This document shows, piece after piece, positions 52,979 through 64,000 of a DNA stretch of 64,000 nt. Source of the DNA: Octopus sinensis (lineage: Eukaryota); the NCBI RefSeq assembly GCF_006345805.1, contig NW_021832223.1, positions 372,001-436,000 of the forward strand, read 5' to 3'. The translations under genes and the position numbers were made by a program. Numbering within the stretch: the first letter of the stretch is position 1; every line of letters starts with the position of its first letter. The notes beneath the pieces were generated by a model, which ran no database searches, was not told the origin of the DNA, and saw nothing but the letters and a program-made list of their open reading frames with translations.

Positions 52979-53362
52979 TTTTTTGAACATATTTGTTTGC
53001 TTTTCAATAATATTTCCTGTATATACGGCATATAATGCCATCTTTGACTGAAAATTAGAAATTTGGCTAAATAAATCGTTCTTTTCTCAATGTGGTGTTT
53101 ATTATCTTTTGTGGAATGAGTCTGTATAGTGGACTGAGCGTGTCCATTTACGAGTTTAAGGGGACTAACTGAGTTCAATTTGGTATCAGCCTGCTGATTC
53201 TTTTATTCGCATCTCGAATATTACATTCATCACTTGGTTTTTAATACGTCGTCTAAACCTGCCGACCAGTGTGGTTATTTACATGTTTGACATTGAATTA
53301 AAGAAGAAAATAATTCATTTATAACAAGAAGCAAACTTAAAATCTAAAATTACTTGCCACAT

Positions 53363-53830
53363 TTAACTTAACAACGTTGTCAGGAGGACCCTGAAGACGG
53401 CGGGTTTCCCCTCCACTCTAGAGCCAGTCGGTCTCCGCCGGGATGACGTTAAGCGTCCCGACGGGGCGACTACCTTCCTTTTAGGAAGGGAAAGTCTCTG
53501 GTTTGGGATGCCACTGGCGTCGACTCTTTTTCTGCGACAATGCCGCCTAAGACTGTCACCCACCCGGGCTCCGTCAGTGCTCAGGCTGTGTATTTCGAAC
53601 GCTTTTGAGTTTGTCTCCCTCGCCTTTAAAACCTCTAGAAAGGTCGGCAAGGCTCCGACTCAACTATTCACCGATATTGGTAGGAAATACTTCTCAAAAA
53701 CTAACAACTTGAGGGAGACTAGCTGGCTTTAAAAAAAACTCTGCAGTAACTGCTATTCAATAGGCAATGTGGCGTCGTTGAGTGGACCTTTATGCTCTCG
53801 ACTATCCTCTTAGTTACTTATTTAGCTAGC
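53363..53830 (+). mobile_element. CRE RLE 3' fragment
   Basis: [33 protein letters not shown]; 3' end shared with 61950-62010 and 62771-62810. Confidence 0.85.
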
Positions 53831-54391
53831 ATCTAATTTTGAGTTTTTAAAAATTCGAATTAAGAAGTGATGATTCACAAATTTTTCCTAATGTTCACCC
53901 AAAAAGTGAATAAATAATTTTTATTTACTTTATTCAATCAATGATTTGCTAAGCAGTGTTTTATCTTTACCACCCGGCCTCTTCTCGTCTCCATTTCACT
54001 CTCAGCCGTATCTTGGCTTTCGACTTTTTTAAAGAAGCCGCAGGCCACGATAAATACAAGGAGGATCCTTCGTGCTTTTAGAGTTCCTGCGATGGCTTTT
54101 TTGAGAGCTCATGTATCTAATGCTTGGAAGATCACCGAATTATGAATAAGTAAAAAACTTAACTTCTAATACATTAGCCTGATGCTAACAATATCGACCC
54201 GAGTGGAAATAATTATGACGATGCTTTACAACAGCAATGGGTCTTTTACGCTGCTCTTAGCTGTTGTGCCTGCACACCATCAACAGTTATGAATGTGGCT
54301 AATGACTGCAAGTTAACTTAAAGAAAATGCCCAGTTACCAAAACTTTATCACTTTAATTAATAAAGAATTATTGATTGAACACTATTAAAA

Positions 54392-56222
54392 CTATCCTCG
54401 TTCGTCGAGTCCGTACATAGTTCTTAAATTGGCAGCACTAAATAATAATTAAATAATTCTTTACTTTGGAGGAGAATCTACAAGTTCAATGTTCCACATA
54501 GAGTTCGCATCTATTAGTCTGATAAACCATCTCAAACCTGCAGGGGTAGTCCGCTTCCAACGACACGCAAACAGGACAAAAAGTATCAGTGATATGCCGA
54601 ACAGAACAGTGGCTCCAATATTGAAATACCATGCAGTACGAGCCGTATATTCGATTACAATGGTATAAGCAGTATTTTCAGGACCATAAGAAACCATTGT
54701 CTCTTTGGATAAGTAATTCAGACCAAGTGCAGGACAGTTGATGGAACATTGGTAGTGTCCTGACAATGTCTCATTCTCCAACACGTTTGATGTGTTGATT
54801 GTGAGTAGACTAAAAATATATAACAAAACATACCCAGAGTTGTTAGAGTTGATATTTAAATTATAAACATGGGATTCATTTATTGGCTTAGAATCGAAAA
54901 GAAATTGAAATTGACATTGGTTTGCAATGGCAGGGTGGACAAATCCGGAACAATAAAATGTGACTTGTTCATTTCGTGATATCAAAATTGTCGAAAAATT
55001 GGTGTCAAATTTAACGACATCTACAAAAAATTACAAAAATTGACCTTGATTAATTATTCTGGCAGAAGAGTGAATATTAGGGCTATTTTTAAAATTAGTT
55101 TTACAGCTGATGGATCCAGTTGCAGTCCTTTCAGTAAGACGAAACAAGTCTTTGCTTTCATCTGATGAAGTAAACATTGAGATATACCCTGAATAGCACC
55201 ATCAAGGATCCAAGAAATGGGCAAATCAATAAATTTTCCATTACTGTTATCGACAAATCGGCACAAGAACGAACAGGTCGAATTTTGTTTGTTTACGACA
55301 CAATCTTTCATTGAGTCTTCTGTGAGGGAATATCCTATTTGAGTCAAATTATATTTGTGTTACGTGACTGGAAGAGTCTATATTTTGCTTTAGAATTTCC
55401 GAAAGAGCAAGTAGTCACGCCATCGTTTGTTGAATATTGGATTTCGGAACGATTACTAGATTTTCAAAATATATAATTTACCTCATTCCATTGAAAAAAC
55501 AAGATTCGAAACGATGCCAAGTTATGTTATGAATTCCCTCAGCTGAAGGATACTGTAAAATGTTGTCAGGGGCTTGATAATCAGAAAATGTAACAAGTAC
55601 CGTTTTGTTTAATAACAGTATAACGAGGAGAACTCAAAACTGATTCTGTTTCTGTCATCAGTGCGCAGTGAAAAGTGACATACTGCCTCTGTTTAAATTG
55701 AAAGTTGCTGATCATCAAATATCCTAAAAATAGCTGACTAGAGTGAACCTTTTTTAATATTTGTAGATACAAAGCTTTCAGAAAATATACTGCAGTGCAT
55801 AACAAAGTCCACCAGATCAGGAACAGTCACAATCTTGAGTGCAATGGACCCTTGATCGCTCAGTAAATACTCTGAACTGGGGGTAAAATGGAATACTATA
55901 TTACATATAATAATCTAACATTCATTTCTGTTAATATCATATCTCGGACCAATTAAAGTACTACAATTGTTTTGTGCTAGACAGTTAGATAGGCTTCCTT
56001 TTTGCTTTTTTATCTTCCTGAAATTTAGTTATGAATGACATTACATTCCAGGATCACCAACGATAGGGCATTCTATTTTGTAGTCCAATGTATTTGATGA
56101 CCACACGTCAGTGAGTATCCTTTTGTTAAATGAGAGTGGGACACAATCTAAGGAGTCAGACAGAGCCAGTCACCCAATAAGTTTGAAAATATTAAAGAAG
56201 GAAAAATTAATAAAAATAACAT
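54392..56222 (-). CDS. Type I membrane protein: signal peptide, about three Ig-like domains, TM and short tail (FGFRL1/IgCAM-like architecture)
   Basis: MLFLLIFPSLIFSNLL signal; IECPIVGDPG, VTFHC, and VTFYC...GHYQC Ig motifs; TM WYFNIGATVLFGISLILFVLFAC; tail ends TMYGLDERG* after two introns. Internal exons partly resolved. Confidence 0.75.
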
Positions 56223-56411
56223 TTTTGTATTTCATGACGCTATTTTTTCTAATAAATAAATTTTATTAGGAAATAACCACAAAAGGTATTACTTAAAATT
56301 CCTAATTAAGAGTTAATCCCAAAAATGTTAATTTTTCAACTTGATAAAATTAAAGTAACCAATTTTAATAATTACTTTGTTAACAAATAGAAAAGAAAAT
56401 GGAACAGGAAG

Positions 56412-56720
56412 TCAGCTACTAGCCGCAGAGAGAATAGAGAAACTGTTCCCCCTGAGTACGGCTATTGAGACGCGCTCAAAAAGCCGATTGACCTCGCGGG
56501 GGTCGTTTCTAATCCTCCCGAGGTGACGGCCTCTCTCGGTGAGAAAACGTAGCGTGGCTGGGCCGAATGTGCCTGATGTTTCGACTGAAACAGGCACAAA
56601 GAGGAATCTGTCGGCGAGCGAGGCGTACTTGTCTTTCTTCCGGGTCTCTGCCCTCCTCGCCGCTGTGCCAGCTTCGATCGCGGACGCGAGAAGGCATGTT
56701 GACGCAAAAGTGTCAGAGCA
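56412..56720 (-). mobile_element. CRE RLE 3' fragment
   Basis: WTCSDTFAS...PVSVETSGTFG...FERVSIAVLRGN. Confidence 0.88.
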
Positions 56721-56759
56721 TGTCCAATTTAAAAATTAAATTCTTTTGATAACATTCTC

Positions 56760-57300
56760 ATAAATTTGATTTCTATTGGAAACTTTCTATTTTCTCCGCA
56801 TCGTTCTCATCCATCCTGGCCTCTATTTTTTAGGCTCTTTCCTGCCATGATATTCACTCAAAATATTGTTTTGTCAACTCCACAAGCTGATTTTATGCAA
56901 AGATAAACTATTTTTGTGTATCATTACTTCATGGCGATGTTCTATAATTATGCTTCAACTTTCATTATTTCATTTTTTATTCTGTTGGAAATAAACATGT
57001 TTGGCTTTTATGGTAGTATGGTCGTATTTACACATAGATTGATTCGCGCATCTTGTAAAGACTCATTTAGTATTCTGTTTGGCCAATATATGCTAACGAT
57101 TCTTTATAACTGATTTCTGTAAAAAGAATTAATAATAGATCTTCAGGTATCGAAGTTGATAAAAGCACTGATATACTTTATATAGCCTTAGTCAAAGTTT
57201 CAGACCTATTGATTTTGTGACATCCTCATAAAGTGATACAAGTTTGTTTCTCAATTTTCTCAAAGCAGCTTTAAAGTATATAATGAATGAATCGGGGATA
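56760..57300 (-). mobile_element. Degenerate R4/Dong-like RT thumb remnant
   Basis: LYEDVTKSIGLKL and SYKESLAYIG-type segments. Confidence 0.5.
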
Positions 57301-57469
57301 GTGAATCTTCTTGGATAGTTCCAATATTGGTGATAAATTTTCGAGATGGAGAAGTTTATTCGGAAAAGAATTATTTTTTCATCCTATTTCTTCTCGGGCA
57401 GGCTCTCTCGGAGGCCCTCGTTTTCCCGTTGTCATCTCTGGGGACGTGGAACTTATTCATAGTCCTAAA

Positions 57470-58100
57470 GAACACATCTCAATTCTTCAACTGAACATGA
57501 ATGGGACTACCTGGAAGGTAACTAAATTAAACTCCTTTTTGGCCAAATACGACATTGACATCTGTGTAATCCAGGAAACAAAACTCAATATGTCATCGAG
57601 GTTTCAACGATTTCCAAACTATCACATGGAACGACTGGACAGACCCTCCGGCAGCGGAGGCGGTCTTATACAATCTCGAAAATGTATCACCAATATTGGA
57701 ACTATCCAAGAAGATTCACTATCCCCGATAACACTTATTAAGAAGGGTATTAACTACCAGGAGAGTTCCGCATTTATTAACTCTAAACTAAACCAAAACA
57801 GATGCTTGTAGGCTTCTGCAATTACTATACCTACTCCAGTTGGAAATTTGCTTATTTGCAATATGTACATTCCGCTGATCTTATCCGGTTGACAAACTTG
57901 AAAACTTCCTTATTTGCGGTGACCTGAATGCAAAGCACCCGCAGTGGCTTATGTCATAAACAACTGAATCGCACGGATAGTTCCTGCTTGAGTAACTCGA
58001 CAACCTAGTCATTCATAATAATCCGTCTTTGAACACAAGAACCTCATACAACAGATAGGATAAACTTACTTCGTCCGACCTAAAAAGCTGAAACTTTTGC
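57470..58100 (+). mobile_element. APE endonuclease remnant (Jockey/I-like)
   Basis: ILQLNMNG, DICVIQETKL, RLDRPSGSGGGL, GDLNAKH. Confidence 0.8.
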
Positions 58101-58949
58101 CTGGTGCTAAATGCTAAGACTCCACTAACAAAATTATGGAAATCCCTAGACGATGTTAAGGTAAAGCTGTGTTTAAAAGATGTTAAGATACCATTCTAAA
58201 AATCTGAGTAACATACGACGCCCATATGTCTTTCTCGCAGCAATTGAATGATGTGATCACGAGATATATGAAGAAATTCAACATACTCGAAGTTTGCCTT
58301 CGAAAATACAGGCACTTGACAAGCCTCGCCACTTGCTATACCGCCTATAAGCAGTACATGGAAGCCACAATTAGCTGCGCCTGCGCAGCAAAGGGAAATG
58401 CGATCAGCTACACCATTCGGGAAAAATTTGGAAAATTCAATCAATAATCTGTAAAACTCTAGAAGAACCAAACGAACAACTAAATGTTGCCATTTTTGAT
58501 GAGATCTTGCGAAGAAACGGGGACAAAATACCCAATGACACACCCGCTGCGCCTCTACAGAAAATGTGCGGGAACAAGGAATGAACGTCGCGGAAAAATA
58601 GAATCCTCTTTAGAGAAGTTGGGATCGCCTGATTAGTTATTTTGGTTAAAATGAATTATATAATTGATTAAACAAACATGTTATTATTTTTATGTTTTTG
58701 ATTAAACAAGAAGAGTGTTTTTGTGAATAATCTTATCGTATTCTTGCAATGAATATTCTAGGAAGAGGTTAGGAACTTGAGAAAATTTCAGCTGGATCTT
58801 GGAAATTTTTTTATTTGAGAAAAAGTACTTTCAACCAAGTACGAGGTTGGCTGAAAATTAAAAAATAATGAATACTCGGCAGGAGATAGATGTGAATTAG
58901 TCATTTTAATTTTTTAAAGAATTTATCAATATTCAAAAAATAATGATGG

Positions 58950-59430
58950 TAATTTATAAAATTATGTATTATGAAAGCATATGCCCCCTGATCGACCTGA
59001 TTCCGCAAGCATTAACTTCACAAGAAACACTGTGGCGAATATGATTTTTAATCTTGCCACTTATTTTCATAATCAAGTCAAAATTAGTTCATTCATTTTC
59101 TTTTCTATTGATATTGACGAGCATGTGGTTCAGTTAGATACATTTATTTTTAGTAGATGACCTAGAATTGAATATTTAAATTTCAAGTGTGTTAAATAAC
59201 TTTGAAGTGAAAAGGACACGTGCTGTTAGTGCGGCTACAGATGTTGTTTTATCAATGATTGGGAAAAACTAGTGTTGTAGTTTAATTTAAAGAGAAAGTA
59301 CATGCTGCAAATAAAAGATGTGATTTTTCACTGTATTTTGCGTCAATAGAGACTCTGCACTAAATCGTTAAAATGGTCCAATTTTTTTAAATCCGGACCG
59401 TGGAAAACTGAGTTTGACACCTTTGGTCTA
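58950..59430. mobile_element. hAT end remnant
   Basis: Terminal GAGTTTGACACC resembles a Charlie/SPIN TIR; weak coding traces only. Confidence 0.4.
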
Positions 59431-59509
59431 AAACAAAATTGAACTGTTCATAAGAACATTCTTGTGCGTGTTTTCACAGTTTACACTCATTATAAGTGTT
59501 CCATTTTAG

Positions 59510-60042
59510 TTTTTTTTTTTTAAACAGAGAAAGTGAAAAGAGTTAAAATGCGCAGCGGATCGACTGGCAATTCCCGCGCATGATGGCCAATGAGATCCTT
59601 TGAAAGAGTCTGATCGACTCGTTGGGATCTTTCGTGGCAACCACGAGCTTAGATCCAAGGCGGCGGAGAAACGATAGCGTCTGCGGGCCGATGACTCCAG
59701 AGGTTTCCACCGCGACTGCAGTAAATTGGTGATTCTTTGCCAGGACCCGGTACTTCTTCTGTTTTGTTAGTTCCGCCTGCTTTGCAACTGAGCCCGGTTC
59801 CGCAGCGGAGACAATTAGATTCTTGGCGGAGAAAGTGTCGGAACAGGTGGCGTCCCAGATAAGGCATTTCCCCTTTTCAAACGGGAAGATTGACATGCCA
59901 TCCGGGCGCTTACCGTCGCCTCTGTCGAGCCCGACTGGTTCGGGCTCATTAGGAAACCCCGCCGTCGTTAGGGCACGGCTCACGGTGTCGTTGATGGCGG
60001 CGTGTCGTGGGAAACGTCCGGCACTACGTGAGCAGGAGAGAA
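59510..60042 (-). mobile_element. CRE RLE 3' fragment with poly(A) tail
   Basis: RHAAIND...EPVGLDRGDGKRPDG...WDATCSDTF...FQRISLAIMRGN; T-run at 59510-59521. Confidence 0.92.
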
Positions 60043-60460
60043 CCGTTATTCCTGGTTTTTGCTTATAATATAAGAGTATATAAGCCTTATATAGTCATTT
60101 TTACATGCTAGCATGGGTAATGATCATTTTGAGACTGACACTGTGCAAACATTTAGTCAGTGACTATAAAAAGAAATCCTTTAGAAACAAAATTGAGCCA
60201 AAGATAGATAAAAAAATATAACAAGCAACAGTATAAGATGAATAACACGACTTCCAAACGTAGGGTTATTGTTTATTCTAGCTCTTGTGGCATTATCCAG
60301 CCCCAGAGACATCGTTCCTGCATCCACCATATCTTTTTTATAATTTACTTCAGCAGGAGGGCCCATGGGATTTATTTTCTTCTTATCGAGAAAAACGGAC
60401 ATGAACAACACCACAACAACAAACTATTTAAGATGAATAATAAGACTATAATTTGTTATA

Positions 60461-61028
60461 TTAATTAAGTTCTTGATAGTTTTGTCGCCTTATTTTATGG
60501 AAGAGAAGGAAGGAAACTTGAAGGATCAAAATTAGAGCTATAAATCCGGAAATGTAGAAAATGATAATTCTCAATTTCTTCGAATAAAGTTTCGCTTTTT
60601 CAGAGTTGGCTATGTTTTGTGAAGTTGATGTTATTGTTGAAGTTTGAGTGAATTTTTTTGTTGAAGTTTGAGTGGATTTTTTTGTAGAAGTTTTGATGGA
60701 TTTTTTTGTAGAAGTTTTAGTGGATTTTTTTGTGGAAGCTTGGGTGGATTTTTTTGTAGTAGTTTGATTGGATTTGGTTGTAGAAATTTGAGTTGAATTA
60801 AAAATTGTGCTTTTCGGCAAAGAACTCTTGCTGACTGAAGATGTAGCTGTGCTGGTTAACGGAGTACTCAGTGTAGTTGCCAAAGGTGTAGTTGAGTTGG
60901 TCAACGGAGTACTCGTTTTGGCTAGAAATGTAAATTGAATTATTGTTACCAGTAGCAGATGACGAGGAAGAAAAAGTTGTGATTTGAGAGGCTACAATGC
61001 TCATTATCAATAAAGTAAGCCGTTTCAT
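60461..61028 (-). CDS. Mucin-like type I membrane protein, 179 aa, one 28 nt intron (60922-60949)
   Basis: Splicing joins the signal-peptide ORF (MKRLTLLIMSIVAS) to the Thr/Ser/Lys-rich ORF with STKKSTQT-type repeats, a TM segment and a short RRQNYQELN tail; 540 nt open frame. Confidence 0.85.
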
Positions 61029-61696
61029 TTTTGTCAAAGTAAAATAACAAGTAAAATAGAGAAAAATTAGGTCAGCTTAAGATAATGTTTTTTTAAAAGA
61101 TAAAGAAAATAACAAGTAAATATCAAATTAATAAAATATTGAATTATCAACTTTCACGTTTTCTTAGATCCATTTTATTGTCCTGTTTTTACTCCGTTAA
61201 AGCCTGTTTTTTTGCTTGACAAGTCATTGAGCTCAATTTGTTGACAGTCTTTTTGGTCAATTCGTCCATTTATGCACTCGATTCACATACTTTTTACTAA
61301 AATTATATGAGTATAGTTTGAAAGTTTTTTATGATGCTCGTAAAGGTTTCTTATAATCCTCCCCCAGGTTAGAACCAAAGGCATTGTTTGGGCAAATATT
61401 ATGACCACACAAAATAGTGCGACCATCCAAATAGTATGACCATTTTCAAGGAATTGTTTTTCATACTATTTGGATTTATCCGTTAGTTAAATTCACAAGA
61501 TTGGCGATTCTTTTGTCGTATTGTCTGATACTACATTTAACATCTGGTCTTCCAATACACTGCTTGTCATATCTTCCATCACTCTAAGATATAATTAATT
61601 ATCCATTTCATAAAGTAGCTATGCAGCTAATTTCTGGACATTTTGCCAGATTTTTCCGCTTTTTAAAGTCCGGTGGCTTTGTGAGAGCAGGGGAAA

Positions 61697-62010
61697 ATGC
61701 AGGACCTAAAAAACTATGGGAAAGATGCACACCTTCTTATTGTCGTAGGTGTGCTATTAATAATAATCAAATCAAGATTTTGGAGAGTCAATGAGGACGA
61801 AATTCCTTGCCTTCGAAACCTTTGGAATTGTAAGCAAACTTTTTACCGACATTGGTATGAGAATCTCCTCAAAAATAAATGACCAGAGGGAGACAAACTG
61901 GTTTTTCAGCGAATGTTTCGCAGAAAATACTATTTAATACGCATGTGGTGTCGTTTAACTGACCTTTAGGCTCTCGACTATCCTCTTAGCTCTTACATAG
62001 CTAACGTTTA
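61697..62010 (+). mobile_element. CRE 3' remnant
   Basis: PCLRNLWNC (AFETFG in the other frame); 3' end like 53770-53830. Confidence 0.6.
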
Positions 62011-62039
62011 ATGTCGCGTGCTATCCGCGGTACCAATTC

Positions 62040-62380
62040 TATCGTGATACACTTTTGACCCATTAACCTATATTTTTAAAATAGTTTTTGCTGAATGTGT
62101 GGCTTGTGCTCAAAGTTAGCCGTTAAAAACATACAATCCTTTAATAAACGATAAAGAAAAAGCTTTAAGAGACCGATACGAGATTGATATAGATTTAAGT
62201 CGATGGTCTTATGAAAATCATGGTCTCAAATATATTTTTTACGTAATTGATATTTATTTAAAATTTTATTTTGCTCGAGATACTAATTCGAAAGAAGCAT
62301 TTCGAATTTCTTCTATTTTAAAAAAATTTTTAAATAATTTTGGACTTCCTCAAATATTACAATCAGACAACTGTGAGTAA
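62040..62380 (+). mobile_element. Ginger2/KRBA2-like integrase remnant
   Basis: RYEIDIDLSRWSYENHGLKYIF..VID and FGLPQILQSDN. Confidence 0.7.
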
Positions 62381-62395
62381 TGCAAAAATGTAATA

Positions 62396-62600
62396 CAGTA
62401 AACTCTCTCGAATCCGCCATTTTTGGTTCCTGACCGAAATATGGCGGATATAAAAAAGTTCATTTTAGATGTTGAAATTAACAATGAAAAATTTTATCTG
62501 TGAATAAAAAGAAATTTAAACAATAGACTGATAGAAATTGGAAACTGGTCTTAATAGCGGAGGTCTTTTATAGCAATCAAAAATCTTGAAAAAATGAAAT
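62396..62600 (+). mobile_element. pogo/mariner-like MITE end
   Basis: TA|CAGTAAACTCTCTCG terminal motif. Confidence 0.4.
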
Positions 62601-63253
62601 TGAATTTATTTTATGAAGGTTTTTAAATTTAATTTGGTTACAATAGAACCCTTTAAAGTAGGTTTCGGGTATATTTCTTCGGTTTCTTCCATGGAATTAA
62701 ATACGTGTTTCTAGGCTCTGGCGTTTCAGTGTCCAGCAATGAATCACATGTAAGAAAATCTAAGAGTGCTGTGTCGTTAAGCTGACCTTTAGGCTCTCGA
62801 CTATCCTGTATAAGCATGTGATGGTGAAATAGAATTCATCAAATTATTTCGGGTGAGCAAGGGTTCTGATTCCAGTCGGCGCGTACAAATTAATGATTGT
62901 GACCTAGGAGTTAAATCTGGTTCCTTATTTGATTTGAAGCACTACAATCCTTTTAAACAAGATTTTATTATTTCCATGTCTAAGAGTTGAATTAAAACAG
63001 TCGTATTTTTTAAAAGAAAAGGTAAATAAACATTAAAATATGTCACAATCCGTTTATGCAGATTTCAGAATGGGACTGTGACAGAATATTCTGCAATTCT
63101 GTGACAGCTCGCATTATCCGGTATTAAAACAATTTTTTTGTTTTCGTTAATCATATCTTGATTTACTTTCCATAATTATTTATTGTTATAATGAACCGTT
63201 ATTCCTGGTGTTCACTTATATAGTCATTTTTACATGCTAGCATGGGTAATGAT

Positions 63254-64000
63254 TAGGGAAACATAAGTCAATAAAGTCAACTTCAATCCAGAGTTAGACT
63301 TAAGTCTAAAAATAATGATTAAATTAAAATAAAGTCAAAAAAAAGTTTATATAAAAAGTTCTTTAGGTCAATTTGGTCAACTTTTTAGATTTCCAGGTCA
63401 ATTTTTTTAATTAGGTCAATTTTTACATAAAAATTTAAATAATATTATTTAAAGCATCAAAATAAATTTAAAATAGTCGCAGTGACATTTGTCTTTTATT
63501 GTAACAAATTTTAAACTAAATTATAGTGTACTTATGCCTAAAAATAAACCTTCGGATTTTAAAAAAGCTAAAAATATTTGTGAAAAATATCCTAAAGAGT
63601 TTACAATTACACCAAATGGAATGCTTTTTTGTAAATTATGTGAGTTACATGTGACATGCAAGAAACAATTTTTACATTCCGCTCTATAAATTGAGAAATC
63701 GAGCAATTATCAACTTATTTGGAAGTATCGGGCATCCACTTCCTTCAGAGATTACTTGCCGCAATATGGTAGAAATTTTAGCACAACAAAAATATCCAAA
63801 ATAATTAATTTAATTTCAAATAAGAAAGTTAGTCTATTGGAATAGTATAATTGTTAAGGTTTTTTTGATTGTGGACGAAACTGGTGTTGGGAGAAACAAA
63901 TTTGTGAATTGTCTAGTTGGAAAATCCGCAAAGATCTTACCTAATAGATTGTATAAAAATTGATTCCTCTCCGAATTCTTCTATCATCAGTCAAATAATT
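63254..64000 (+). mobile_element. hAT (CGGBP1-like) 5' end with disrupted transposase, running off the window
   Basis: Starts TAGGGAAAC; GGTCAA and AAGTCAA subterminal repeats; YPKEFTITPNGMLFCKLCELHV zinc finger; IVDETG. Confidence 0.8.

Noticed and set aside
52927-53330. Minus-strand ORF overlapping the kinesin 3' end
   Set aside because: It needs a non-canonical intron to start, and shows no homology signal.
53950-54350. Open frames on both strands downstream of the Ig gene
   Set aside because: No consistent start, splice and stop model.
60181-60414. 77 aa ORF with a C-terminal hydrophobic helix next to the mucin gene
   Set aside because: Could be tail-anchored, but no family is recognised and a T-rich chance helix is plausible.
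61340-61620. Weak piggyBac-like traces on the minus strand
   Set aside because: Too degenerate; no TTAA or TIR found.

Overview
AT-rich eukaryotic (animal) genomic DNA: compact host-gene islands separated by dense, nested transposon debris. Host genes are broken by tiny introns (mostly 23-30 nt, one GC-AG), so the ORF track shows only fragments. After splicing by hand I find DRAM/TMEM150-like, RPP25/Alba-like, SMG8, NUP98 (no HFS motif, no fused Nup96), a CAP-Gly protein, SEC61 alpha, Aladin (AAAS)-like, kinesin-1 heavy chain, a 3-Ig type I membrane protein and a mucin-like membrane protein. Animal-type kinesin-1 plus such introns suggests a reduced parasite (dicyemid, myxozoan or orthonectid); this is inference only. 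Repeats include R4/Dong-like, CRE-like, RTE and Jockey/I-like retrotransposons, and hAT, Tc1, pogo, Merlin and Ginger-like DNA transposon remnants. The standout is a ~1.26 kb rhabdovirus-like L polymerase endogenous viral element (41.42-42.68 kb). It is fused in frame to a hAT zinc finger and lies between two ~407 bp near-identical direct repeats. Also notable: a three-level nested insertion with intact TSDs (403-6570), a 26 bp retro-insertion with its empty-site paralog, a Sec61 intron that looks duplication-derived, and a gene-scale C-to-G skew flip. No rRNA, tRNA or CRISPR array was recognised. Coordinates of degenerate remnants are approximate; all motif assignments are from recall, not database searches.
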